Shown piece by piece: positions 48,601 through 57,285 of a stretch of 64,000 nucleotides of DNA; positions within the stretch are counted from its first letter, which is position 1; each line of letters opens with the position of its first letter. The stretch spans positions 1 to 64,000 of IMG/VR virus record IMGVR_UViG_3300022562_001969; one strand, given 5' to 3'. The DNA is from a virus. Position numbers and translations under genes: made by a program. Under the pieces are notes generated by a model that ran no database searches, was not told the DNA's origin, and saw only the letters and a program-made list of their open reading frames with translations.

Positions 48601-49064
48601 AGAGCCACGGTAGCCCGGGCCGCGCCGGAGACAATATCCTCTACCTGTAAACCGTTTTTCGCCAGCATCTCAATAGCCTGGGCCGCCTCCAATGAAGAAA
48701 CCTTCAGATTGGGATCCATCCCCAGGTCAGACACCAGCTTCTTTAGCTGGCTCATCTCATCATCGCTGGCCCCCAGGACGGCGTTAACGCCATCCATCTG
48801 GACTTCCAGATCGGCGGCCATTGAGACGCTATTGGAGAGGAAACCGCCGGCAGCCTGAGTGACCGAGGTGAAACCCCTGGCCAGGAGAGACAGGCCCCCC
48901 GTGGCCAGGTTGCCCAGGACCGTACCGAAGGCGACCGAGCCGGCCCCGGCCCCTTTGACGGTCTTTTCAAACCCATCAACGGAGCCGGAGGCTTTATTCA
49001 TCCCTTGGATAAAGCCGCCCTCGTTCTCCAGTATCAACCTTGCCCCAACCGGTTTTAAGGCCAT
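45657..49064 (-). CDS. tape measure protein (TP901 family)
   Basis: EAAQAIEMLAKNG, GADAGTSFKT, amphipathic repeats, LGIRSPSTVF. Confidence 0.93.
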   Translation of the reverse strand: MALKPVGARLILENEGGFIQGMNKASGSVDGFEKTVKGAGAGSVAFGTVLGNLATGGLSLLARGFTSVTQAAGGFLSNSVSMAADLEVQMDGVNAVLGASDDEMSQLKKLVSDLGMDPNLKVSSLEAAQAIEMLAKNGLQVEDIVSGAARATVALSNATGADFSRAADIATDAMALFHIEANDMSTAIDGITGVTTASKFDINDYGLALANAGGIAAGMGVSFGDLNTVLAASASSFSSGADAGTSFKTFLQRLAAPTDKLQETLDELGITLFDESGQMRSMAEVVDQLHGAFSGMTEAQQAQTATALGGADAARTVLALAGLTRSEFEALSTTVNASGQAQEAAATRVDNFAGAMDILGGVVEDIQLQLGTALLPALTAVVRAITDFVANNAEPFVDFFKRAGEGLTTFIGSLLGGQGLLDSFIAGLAAFGVEGPELTRIKNFAAGVINLGMTIGDFVSDHAEALKGVLIAIGGILAGGAIYLGITALVSAIGLLLSPIGLVAGAVVALGVVWSNNWGGIQEKTQTAISFISGFITETFDALKIFWASFWAEYGGVVKEAFGLVQDILGAAFPIIQEIFSGALETIGGIWRTFWGKSDRDASNSMSNISDTIFLSLGRIVVAIRDGLANMLAFLEKNSEGIRQTIRDTWENVQRVIATAWSLISTVIGVAISLIGPVIATFVENASAALGRFGPLLAQLGQLWQALQPAITVVLTVIGAAMLAAVGVAVGMVTGISQAIGPLIDTFIKVATGITTALTGVVQFITGFVQLVVGLFQGNSEQVQAAWTQMGQGLKNIVGGLISGVVGLVTGFVQTIYSLISGLVTGVIDYFTSLSDALIGGSIIPDMFTAIIEAGKRFVANFLVGIATLVREAIGLLQSSVPQFVTVAASLMQGLLSGIVTNASQIVNALGDVVSRAISQAKAVLGIRSPSTVFAGIGTDIMTGLVGGIESQRGALKNTVSQINKDLVITSPPPIKLDVQGPEMSEWDRFIQMMSQRSTPALPPPPPPPPPPPPPPPPAPPPPLSAGDMQKVAEQRFLSLGGLDSGMTFSQILDQVRELARIVPSTAFSSGLTFDQIVAQVEAGVYEQPASAQQITNSALSQNNTTNNTTVNYTNNSGTPIADQSQLSYILASAP

Positions 49065-49074
49065 TTAAACAGCG

Positions 49075-49350
49075 TCATCTCCTGCCACGGCGTGGCGGCC
49101 GGGGGCGGGGGGGCTGGGCGCGTTTTCTGGGGCGATTGGCGTGGGCCACCACGGCCTCAATTTGTTGTTTGGTTTCAAAATGGGCGATCAATTTTTCTTG
49201 ATAATCCACCGGTTTTTGTCTGAACTCCTCATAACTCAGCTGGTCGGCGTGGGCGGCCTCAATCCAATTCATCTCCACGCCATGGATCGTAATGCCGGAA
49301 CGGGGCGCAACGCAGCGCCAGATGTCGCGGCCCTTATATCTAACGTCGAA
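49075..49350 (-). CDS. tail assembly chaperone, frameshifted (gpT-like) part
   Basis: +1 frame is open from TTT-CGA at 49351-49346 through ORF 49075-49278. Confidence 0.6.
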   Translation of the reverse strand, partial: FDVRYKGRDIWRCVAPRSGITIHGVEMNWIEAAHADQLSYEEFRQKPVDYQEKLIAHFETKQQIEAVVAHANRPRKRAQPPRPRPPRRGRR

Positions 49351-49816
49351 AGTTTTGCTTGGCCGCCTCGACGCCCTCCCGGCTCGGGTCCTTTAAGCCG
49401 GACACCGCGTTGAGAATATCCCGTAAATCCTGGTCGTTCCCGATTGCGATTTCGGTCAACCAGACCAATTGGTCCGATTCGGGCAACTGCTCGTCCGAAA
49501 GAATTTCGCGCAATTCCGCCACCTCTTTTTTCTGGGCCTCAGTCAATTTTTGTTTGGCGGCCAGGCGCTTAATCATGCGATCTGTCACCTCAAGCTGGAG
49601 CAAATTCTCCCAGACTTTGATCGACTCAATGTAATCCGGGTCGGCGTGATTTCGTTCGACGACCCGTTTGCCCAGCAGCTCCACCTCAACCAGCGGCGGC
49701 TTCGGCTGGGGGATTTCCCGCCGCACCTTTAAGCCCAGGCTCACCTGGGAAATTGGGAAAATCTGGATCGTTTCACCGGTGCTTTCGCACAGATACGGTG
49801 TTAGTTTGACAGTCAT
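49340..49816 (-). CDS. tail assembly chaperone (gpG-like)
   Basis: Position between tail tube and tape measure genes. Confidence 0.7.
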   Translation of the reverse strand: MTVKLTPYLCESTGETIQIFPISQVSLGLKVRREIPQPKPPLVEVELLGKRVVERNHADPDYIESIKVWENLLQLEVTDRMIKRLAAKQKLTEAQKKEVAELREILSDEQLPESDQLVWLTEIAIGNDQDLRDILNAVSGLKDPSREGVEAAKQNFRR

Positions 49817-49881
49817 TTACAGGTCCCTCCTGTGTGATAAAAAAAAATGTCAATTATCAATTGTCAATTATCAATTACTAA

Positions 49882-51441
49882 TTAGCCGCGCACCGGGGCC
49901 GCCCCGATCAGGATGATGCCATCTGTACCGTTGCCGGCCAGGCCGCCAAAGACCAGGTTGTTGGCCGCCACGGCCTGGTTACTGACCACCGGATAGGCTA
50001 ACCGGTTTACCCGGTCCAGCGTGGGGAAGGTGTTGACCGAAATGTCGGCTTCCCAGGTGCGGCCGCCGTTAATGGTGGCGTAGAAAATCGCGGCTGGGCC
50101 ACTGGTGGCGGCCACAATATAGCCGACTTCGTCGGTGGCAAAAACGATGTCCTGTACCGTAGCCGGCGCGCCGGCGGTAGCGGCCGGCAAGGTGGTCTCA
50201 TTCCAGGCCGTTTCCCCCCGGTTGTTGGTCCAGTAAACATCACCCTCACTATCCCCTACCCACCAACGAAACTCATCAATCACTTCCAGGGCGTCCAGGC
50301 TGAAAGCGGCCGGGGCGTTACTGGCCACGGCAAAGGTGCTACCCCGATTGAGCGAGTAAATAATGGCCGCCCCATCGCCTACCGCCACCACCGTATTTTC
50401 ATAGCCATCAATCCGGTTAAGATTATCTGTGGCAGTGTTGGCCGGGTCCAGAACGTCTACTCCGCTGGTGATCACTTCCGATTTGTAGATGTAGCCGCCA
50501 TCACCGCAGAAATAAATCTCACGCGGGTTAGAGACCCAGATGTCATTGGGGGCGTTGCCGCTGACGAAACCAGTGGTGACCTTGCTCCAGGTTCCGGGAA
50601 TACCGGTGATACTATTCAGGGTAGAGATAAAGTAGCCGCCGGTAGCCCCATCGTTGAAGACGACAATGAGCCGCTGGCCCACCACATCAATCGCCTTGGG
50701 GATATCGTTGCTGGTCGCTCCATTGATGGCCGCCACCGTCCAGGTCAGGCCACCGTCCAGGCTATAAGCCACGCTTGGCCCCACGCCGGGAGAGGCGACG
50801 GTATTGTTCAGGACGGCGTATACCAACTTTGTGCCATTGTCATTAGGCCCACAGGCCCCACAACGGACCTTGGAGCCATAAACGACATCAATCACTTCGC
50901 TGGCGACCTCGGCGGCGGCTTTTTCACCGACGCTCATGCCGGCGACCACATATACCCCCGACTGGGCGGTGTAATCCTGGTCATCCTGGACCATTGAGTC
51001 GCCGTCGAAAGCGCTGCCGCCCGCAGTGGTAGAGGTTGATTTGGCGTTCGAGTAGATTTTGACGTAATCGGCCGCGTTGCGGGTGAAGACGCCGGGGTCT
51101 TTACATTTCCCGGTGACCTCGTAATAGTCAACCACGCAGTCGCGCAGGTCATACAATTGGCGAGGAATGGCCCCATGATGTTGCAGGAAATTGACGGTAA
51201 AGGTGTCAAAATCCGGGGCTGAAACTTCTGTCCCCACCCGGCGAAACTTTTTAAACTCGCTGGGGTCGCCCACGTTGATTGGGCTAATATCGCCATCGGG
51301 CAAGGTCCCGCTTTCAATGACCATGTACTGGCCATCAACGCCGGCGTAAAAAATGGGATTGTCGGCCCCGGGGCCTTGCGGTTGGTAAAAATACCGCTTA
51401 TGTTGTTGGGTTACGATCTGATCTGCTGTTGGCAGTGGCAT
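49882..51441 (-). CDS. probable major tail protein with C-terminal BNR/beta-propeller domain
   Basis: Position; Asp-box motifs SLDGGLTW, SLNRGSTF, TINGGRTW. Confidence 0.62.
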   Translation of the reverse strand: MPLPTADQIVTQQHKRYFYQPQGPGADNPIFYAGVDGQYMVIESGTLPDGDISPINVGDPSEFKKFRRVGTEVSAPDFDTFTVNFLQHHGAIPRQLYDLRDCVVDYYEVTGKCKDPGVFTRNAADYVKIYSNAKSTSTTAGGSAFDGDSMVQDDQDYTAQSGVYVVAGMSVGEKAAAEVASEVIDVVYGSKVRCGACGPNDNGTKLVYAVLNNTVASPGVGPSVAYSLDGGLTWTVAAINGATSNDIPKAIDVVGQRLIVVFNDGATGGYFISTLNSITGIPGTWSKVTTGFVSGNAPNDIWVSNPREIYFCGDGGYIYKSEVITSGVDVLDPANTATDNLNRIDGYENTVVAVGDGAAIIYSLNRGSTFAVASNAPAAFSLDALEVIDEFRWWVGDSEGDVYWTNNRGETAWNETTLPAATAGAPATVQDIVFATDEVGYIVAATSGPAAIFYATINGGRTWEADISVNTFPTLDRVNRLAYPVVSNQAVAANNLVFGGLAGNGTDGIILIGAAPVRG

Positions 51442-51460
51442 AATATGCTCCTTTAAGAAA

Positions 51461-52810
51461 TTAAACTGATACCCCGCGAGACATCACGAGGTTTTTAACC
51501 TGTTTCCAGGCGTAAATATGACCGGAGAGCGTGCCAAATGGATTATTCAGATCCTCCGGGCTAACACTGTAACGCTCATCATTGGTCCCCCCCACTCTGG
51601 CCCGGTCAAACTGCCACCGCCATAGCCGTTGGTTGGCGTTGTCGCAGCCACAAATCCGGTAGGGGGCTAATTCGGCCATCGCCAGCCGGGCCACAATATG
51701 GCGCCACGAGCCGCCATAGCGGACCGAGCTATTGATTTCGCTTTCGTCCGCTCCGGCCAGATAGCGGATAGTCACCCGGTCTGGCTGGCGGCAAACAGAC
51801 CAATTGACGGCCACATAGCGCTCATTGGTCGCGTCCCAGACAGCCTCGCCGACCGCAATCTCACCCAGGCGGTTGTCCCGGATGACCGCCCTGGCCAGGG
51901 CATAAGCCTGCGCGGCCGGATCGTTGGCGTAAGGATCAAATTCGGCCGATCCGGCGCAGGAGAGGCACGGGCAACAATTGTAAGGGGGGTCGGTTTCCCA
52001 GATTAGCATGGCCTGGGCCGTCTGAGGCGTGATCCCATTCGGGTCGGTATATACGCGCTGCACCGACAACTGGGTGACAAAATTAGCGGCGTCCGTGGGG
52101 TCAAGTTGTTGCGGATTCCAGGTCTGATACAAAACCGGCTTGACCAATAACCAACGCCGCCCGGTAATGGTGGCCACTGTGCCGGATACGGTCACCTGCA
52201 CCGGCTCGATCTGCCAGCGGGGGCTGATCGGATCGCCAAAGCGGTCGGCTGAAATGAAATAGACCGCTATTTCAGCCGGGTCTGTGCCGGCGGTAACGGC
52301 GGCGGTGACGGTAAACGTGTCATCCAGGCCGCCGTTAAAAATTTCCGAGTAGGTCACCGGGTTGTCGCCCAGGTCTTCGAACGCCGCTGTGCCAATAGCG
52401 CGAATAAATCCCTCCCCGGCGTCAATCGCCAGATAGCGGCCGGTGGCGTCGGCCGGGCTGCCGAATTCCATACGCCGGTCATAAGGCCGGGGATATTGGA
52501 AGGTTTTCTCCACGTACTGGGGAGCTACCCGAAAATTGAGATATTCAAATAACCGTTGCTGGGCCGTTTCAATACTTTCCCGGATTTGTTCGCGCCCGGC
52601 CACGTCCGCATTTTGCCAGGCGTGTTCATAAACCAGGCCGTTGCAGGCGCTATCTATCTCCAGCCCGGCGATACTGTTGGTAGCCATTTGCCAAAAATGC
52701 CAGGGATGATAGCCCAAAATTTGCCGCCACGCTTCCAGGGAAAGCCCCAAAGCGCCACTGGCGGTGGATAACGTTGACGTTGTGACCGGCGTGCCGATGA
52801 TACCACCCAT
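51461..52810 (-). CDS. virion structural protein (head-tail connector-like)
   Basis: VTIRYLAG motif and position; assignment tentative. Confidence 0.5.
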   Translation of the reverse strand: MGGIIGTPVTTSTLSTASGALGLSLEAWRQILGYHPWHFWQMATNSIAGLEIDSACNGLVYEHAWQNADVAGREQIRESIETAQQRLFEYLNFRVAPQYVEKTFQYPRPYDRRMEFGSPADATGRYLAIDAGEGFIRAIGTAAFEDLGDNPVTYSEIFNGGLDDTFTVTAAVTAGTDPAEIAVYFISADRFGDPISPRWQIEPVQVTVSGTVATITGRRWLLVKPVLYQTWNPQQLDPTDAANFVTQLSVQRVYTDPNGITPQTAQAMLIWETDPPYNCCPCLSCAGSAEFDPYANDPAAQAYALARAVIRDNRLGEIAVGEAVWDATNERYVAVNWSVCRQPDRVTIRYLAGADESEINSSVRYGGSWRHIVARLAMAELAPYRICGCDNANQRLWRWQFDRARVGGTNDERYSVSPEDLNNPFGTLSGHIYAWKQVKNLVMSRGVSV

Positions 52811-53349
52811 TAGCTGACCACCTCCGTGTCAGGGTTCGGAAAGGTGTAGCCCGCTTTCTGAACCCAGATGAAATAAGTGCCCGGATCAAGGAACGGCTTT
52901 TCGTTGTTTGTGGCGTCGCGGGCCACGCCAAAGGTGTCTGTAACCCCCCGCCAGACGACATTAGCGCCGGCGTTATCGGTGGCGATGGAGACATTAGCCC
53001 CCTCAATCGGGTTACCGCTTCCCGCTTCGGTGACCGTATAGGTGTAGTCAACCCCGGCCACATTTCGGGCTTTGACCACATATTCCAGATTTTGCTGGAT
53101 GGCCCCGGTCCCGGTTACCCGGATTGATACCGGGCCAACCGTGTCCGCTTCGGCCGCTGTGCTGAGATAGGTGTACCAGCCGTCACTCATCTCGGCTTTG
53201 GTTCCTCCGCTGGCGGCAAACGCGCCGCCGTTTTTGGCGATTTCCAGGGTAAAGCCCGCTCCCAGGCCGCTCACCTCGTTGCCGCTGGCGTCCACCATGA
53301 CAAAGGTAATCCTATTCTGTTGGCTTTGCTCCCACATAAAGCCGGGCAT
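52810..53349 (-). CDS. Ig-like virion protein
   Basis: Beta-rich; GNPIEGANV...TDTFG...LDPGTY. Confidence 0.55.
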   Translation of the reverse strand: MPGFMWEQSQQNRITFVMVDASGNEVSGLGAGFTLEIAKNGGAFAASGGTKAEMSDGWYTYLSTAAEADTVGPVSIRVTGTGAIQQNLEYVVKARNVAGVDYTYTVTEAGSGNPIEGANVSIATDNAGANVVWRGVTDTFGVARDATNNEKPFLDPGTYFIWVQKAGYTFPNPDTEVVS

Positions 53350-53354
53350 TACCC

Positions 53355-53750
53355 TTATCCTCCCACCTTATCCCTGGTTTTTATCGTATCCTGCACGCGG
53401 ACGCCCAGCGTTTTGGGGTGCCCCTCTGGCGTCAGTTCGACCGGCGCTTCTTGCTTTTGGGGTTGCGGTAATCTGGCAAAAAGATCAACCACATCCTGCC
53501 TGAATTTGAGAAAACAAAGCAGGGCCTCGATTGCCTTATCCGCGTCCTCTACCGGCGTCTCAAATTTAGCCGCTATCTCCCGGGCGAATTGTTGCCGGGC
53601 CGGGGTATTAATCACGGGAACACCTCCCCATCGGGGTTGATATGTTGGCAAAATATGGCGGTGTCCACCAGGAACGGGTACGTCATTTCCTGATAGGCGT
53701 CCCAGCCGGCTTTTTTGAAATAGCCCTCTTTCATCACCCGGTTGCACCAA
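53355..53750 (-). CDS. hypothetical protein (start uncertain)
   Basis: ORF in the late operon. Confidence 0.4.
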   Translation of the reverse strand: MVQPGDERGLFQKSRLGRLSGNDVPVPGGHRHILPTYQPRWGGVPVINTPARQQFAREIAAKFETPVEDADKAIEALLCFLKFRQDVVDLFARLPQPQKQEAPVELTPEGHPKTLGVRVQDTIKTRDKVGG

Positions 53751-54451
53751 TTCAGGTCGGAAGTGCCCCCGAAAATACTCATATTTTGCGGTTCTTCCGG
53801 GTCGTACCAGATATCGCGGGGGCTTTCGAAGACGCGCCGGGTTTGTTGGCCGCCTACCTGATATGGGTCGCTATCGGCCCACATCTCACGCAGAATGCCC
53901 ATATGGATTAGCAAGATGCCCGTGGGCACGCCATCGGCCCAGACCTTATCTCCCAGCTCGAAATCGGTATAAACCGAATTGCCGCGCCCCCGAAAAACGA
54001 GCGGGTACGATGGCCGCCCGCGACAAAAATAAAGCCCGCTGACGACCGGCGTCTCTTCCTTGAGCATATATTCATTAAATCTGATAAAAGCGTCGGGGGG
54101 CATAATGACATCATGCTCAATTAGTAATAGCCACTCCATCTCTTTTTCGATGGCGTATTTGACAATCAGGTTTTGGGCGTCGGCCACCTGGTAGCGGAGG
54201 GGCATATAGGCGCTAATGAATTGGTTCATATACAAATAAGACCAATTCATCGGAATGACCTGGCCGTAGCGGGCCCCCACCCATTCGATTCTGACCAGGC
54301 CGGTGACGGGGGTGCCGATCATAACCCGGTTAATATAGGAGTTGCCATTTTCATCAATGATGGTCCGGTATTGACGCACCGGGCTATTCGTATTTCGTTT
54401 CGGAAATAGCCTCTCCGGCGTTTCCGTTTTCGTCTGCGTTCCGTTTAACAA
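53612..54451 (-). CDS. GT-A fold glycosyltransferase-like protein
   Basis: VADAQNLIV, LLLIEHDV, PVVSGLY, SDLNWC. Confidence 0.7.
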   Translation of the reverse strand: MLNGTQTKTETPERLFPKRNTNSPVRQYRTIIDENGNSYINRVMIGTPVTGLVRIEWVGARYGQVIPMNWSYLYMNQFISAYMPLRYQVADAQNLIVKYAIEKEMEWLLLIEHDVIMPPDAFIRFNEYMLKEETPVVSGLYFCRGRPSYPLVFRGRGNSVYTDFELGDKVWADGVPTGILLIHMGILREMWADSDPYQVGGQQTRRVFESPRDIWYDPEEPQNMSIFGGTSDLNWCNRVMKEGYFKKAGWDAYQEMTYPFLVDTAIFCQHINPDGEVFP

Positions 54452-55052
54452 GGATCACCTCAATATTTGCGTCCGGAGACCAGTTCAAAAACTTGATCTC
54501 CCAGGGCTTAGGCCGGTAAATGTTATAAAGGAGGCCGTTAGTTCGATTTTCGTATGGATCAAAATAGGCCCAGGTGGTTTCATTGATTTCGTTGATGTGG
54601 GTTGGGTCCTGCAAAAAACCGTTTGAGCGGCCGTGCGGGCAACAAATGGCGAATTTCGCGCCAGGTTTCAAAATTCGCCACACCTCATTCATAAACCGGA
54701 TAAAAGTGGGGACCGGCTCGATATCCCCGATGTAGGCGGCAATTTCGCTCTGGCTGATCAGTTCCCGATCCAGGAGCAACCGGATCAACCCCAACAGGCG
54801 TGGGTCAGGCAGAAAGGGGGGAATATGCTCCACCAGGTGGCTGGAGATAGCGTTGATTACGCTTTCGTCGGGTAGCGGCCAGGGGAATTTTTGAATATCC
54901 CAAACAATATCCACGCCGGGCAGTGGCCGGATGTCCAGCCCGACAAACCCTGCTTGCTTGTTGCCCCCACACCCGATGTCGAGCATAATGCCTGTCTGCT
55001 TTTGCAGGACCGTGGTTACGGCCTCATCATTAGCCGGTAAAGTCAATGTCAT
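54384..55052 (-). CDS. class I SAM-dependent methyltransferase
   Basis: LDIGCGG, SHLVEH, EVWRILKPG, QDPTH. Confidence 0.85.
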   Translation of the reverse strand: MTLTLPANDEAVTTVLQKQTGIMLDIGCGGNKQAGFVGLDIRPLPGVDIVWDIQKFPWPLPDESVINAISSHLVEHIPPFLPDPRLLGLIRLLLDRELISQSEIAAYIGDIEPVPTFIRFMNEVWRILKPGAKFAICCPHGRSNGFLQDPTHINEINETTWAYFDPYENRTNGLLYNIYRPKPWEIKFLNWSPDANIEVILVKRNADENGNAGEAISETKYE

Positions 55053-55515
55053 AAGTCACGTTTACATTTTGGTTGGTGTTCACCTGCGAACTGGCGTAGG
55101 TGTTACCGGCGAAAATCGTGCCGGTATCGGTATTGGATTGCTGGAAGAGCCCCACATTGGAAATGTTGGCCGTATTGGTCACAAACGATTGGGTGCTATC
55201 AAACGTGGCGGTGACTCGCAGGCGGCTGCTGGCCGAGGTGGCCAGAGTGGCCGCCGCCCGGCTATTAGCGCCGTGGGTCAATTCCCCCGGTAGCCCGGTC
55301 GCGGTATCGTTGACGGTTGTGCCGGTGCCCAGGGCGACGTGGGAGACCCGCAGGCTGCCGGCGCCGCCACTCATCAATTGCAAGATGTAGCGGTCCATCC
55401 CCTCGTTGGTGACGTTATTGGGCACATAGCCCGAATCGCCCACGATTTCGCCATCCTGCGTGATCTGGATGCGGTAAAACCCTTTAATCTTGGCTCTATC
55501 TTGTTGTCTCATCAC
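55030..55515 (-). CDS. virion structural protein
   Basis: NNVTNEG, HVALGTGT, ISNVGLF motifs typical of phage baseplate/fibre proteins. Confidence 0.6.
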   Translation of the reverse strand: MMRQQDRAKIKGFYRIQITQDGEIVGDSGYVPNNVTNEGMDRYILQLMSGGAGSLRVSHVALGTGTTVNDTATGLPGELTHGANSRAAATLATSASSRLRVTATFDSTQSFVTNTANISNVGLFQQSNTDTGTIFAGNTYASSQVNTNQNVNVTYDIDFTG

Positions 55516-55531
55516 ATAACTCCTTTAAGAC

Positions 55532-57202
55532 CTACATATTCTTAAACATTCCCCGGAACATTCCTTTGAAAACGACCTCCCGCAAAAATGCGGCTACAAT
55601 CAAAAGGGTGACCGTATCGCTAACGCCAATAGTCTCCGCCGCCTGGATGAATAGTTCCGGTAAAAGCGCTGTGGTTGCCTCGCTGATTGCTACTGTTTCC
55701 GAGGCGTTAATAAAGCTGGTCAATTGGGCAGCCATCAGTTCAGTCATGGTGATCGTCTCGCCTGCCGCTATATTCAGGCTGAATAGGACCTGCGCACTTT
55801 CGGCCAGGGTGATGGCCTCAGCCACAACCACAAAACTGGTCAAGAGCAGACCGGCCGTCTCGCTTAGACTGATGCCGTCTGAAACCAGGATTTGTAACGC
55901 CCCCACGGCCTGAATGAGAACCGAGATGATTTCCGAAATGGTGATAGTTTCCGAAACGGTGATGAAGTTGGTTAAGAGCAACTTGATCGTTTCATTGATG
56001 GTCACTGTCTCGGAGGCGTTTACCATGCTGGTCAAGAGGAGGGTGATTGTTTCACTCAGGCTGATCCCATCCGAAACACTAATAAAACTGGATAAGAGTA
56101 GCTTGACCGCTTCGCCAATGGTGACGCTATCAGCCACGGCAATCAGATTGATTAAGGCCACATTGACCGCTTCCACTATGCTGATCGGATCGCTAACCTG
56201 AATAAAACTGGTCAGCAGCAACGCGGCGGCTTCGTTAACCGTGATAGTCTCGGAAACATTAACGAAACTGGTCAGGAGTAGTTTGACCGTCTCGCCAATG
56301 GTGACGCTATCAGAAACCATCAACTGCAAAACGCCTTCAATCTGGACAATGACGCTAACCGCCTCGCCAAGACTGATACTATCAGCCGCCCGGATAAAAC
56401 TGGTCAGGAGTAGTTTGACTGTCTCGCCAATGGTGACACCATCCGAGACGCTAATCAGATGCGCCAGGGTCAAGGCGACTGTTTCCGGGATGGTTACGCC
56501 ATCAGAAACCTGGATCAAATGAATCAGGGCCAAATTGACCGCTTCAGTTATAGCAATCGGGTCGCTGACCTGAATGAAACCGACCAGCGCCATGCTAACC
56601 GTTTCGCTTAAGCTGATCGTTTCGCTGGCCTGAATGAAACCGGTTAAAAGCGCCTTAACCGTCTCACCTACGGTTACACTATCCGAGACGCTAATCAGAT
56701 TGATCAGGGTCACGGCTACCGCTTCGCTGATCGTTACACTGTCCGAGACGTTGACGAAACTGGTCAAAAGCAGCTTAATCGGCGTCGAAATCGTCAGGCT
56801 TTCCGAAACGCTAATAAAACTCGTCAACAGGGGGCTGGCCGTTTCGTTTAAGCTGATCCCATCGGAAACATTAATGAAACTGGTCAAAAGTAGTTTGACC
56901 GCTTCACTGACAATCACACTCTCAGTAACCGTCACCATGTGCGTCAAGATCATATTGACCGCTTCAGCCACCGTAATGGTGTCCGAAACACCAACGAAAT
57001 TGACGACCAGCAATTTAACGGCTTCCGAAATCGTCACCCCTTCAGAAGCGCTGATAGCCAGCGGATTAGCTGCTGCATACTCATAAAAATATTCCCGGTC
57101 TGTAAGCCACCGGTCAAAATCGCCACTGCTACCGGCCAGCGGTTTTAATACCTGGAAGGAAGTCTGAGCCGTGATCCAGGTGTTAAAAATGGTTGAGGTC
57201 AT
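55532..57202 (-). CDS. repetitive (about 21-aa period) fibre-like structural protein
   Basis: About 20+ repeats resembling VSDSVTIGETVKLLLTSFI. Confidence 0.7.
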   Translation of the reverse strand: MTSTIFNTWITAQTSFQVLKPLAGSSGDFDRWLTDREYFYEYAAANPLAISASEGVTISEAVKLLVVNFVGVSDTITVAEAVNMILTHMVTVTESVIVSEAVKLLLTSFINVSDGISLNETASPLLTSFISVSESLTISTPIKLLLTSFVNVSDSVTISEAVAVTLINLISVSDSVTVGETVKALLTGFIQASETISLSETVSMALVGFIQVSDPIAITEAVNLALIHLIQVSDGVTIPETVALTLAHLISVSDGVTIGETVKLLLTSFIRAADSISLGEAVSVIVQIEGVLQLMVSDSVTIGETVKLLLTSFVNVSETITVNEAAALLLTSFIQVSDPISIVEAVNVALINLIAVADSVTIGEAVKLLLSSFISVSDGISLSETITLLLTSMVNASETVTINETIKLLLTNFITVSETITISEIISVLIQAVGALQILVSDGISLSETAGLLLTSFVVVAEAITLAESAQVLFSLNIAAGETITMTELMAAQLTSFINASETVAISEATTALLPELFIQAAETIGVSDTVTLLIVAAFLREVVFKGMFRGMFKNM

Positions 57203-57285
57203 TTAGCGCCGCTCCCTCTTCAAATAGCCCGACTTGGGAGGAAAATCGGAGGCTTTGGGTCGTTTGATATAAACGCGCCAGGGCA

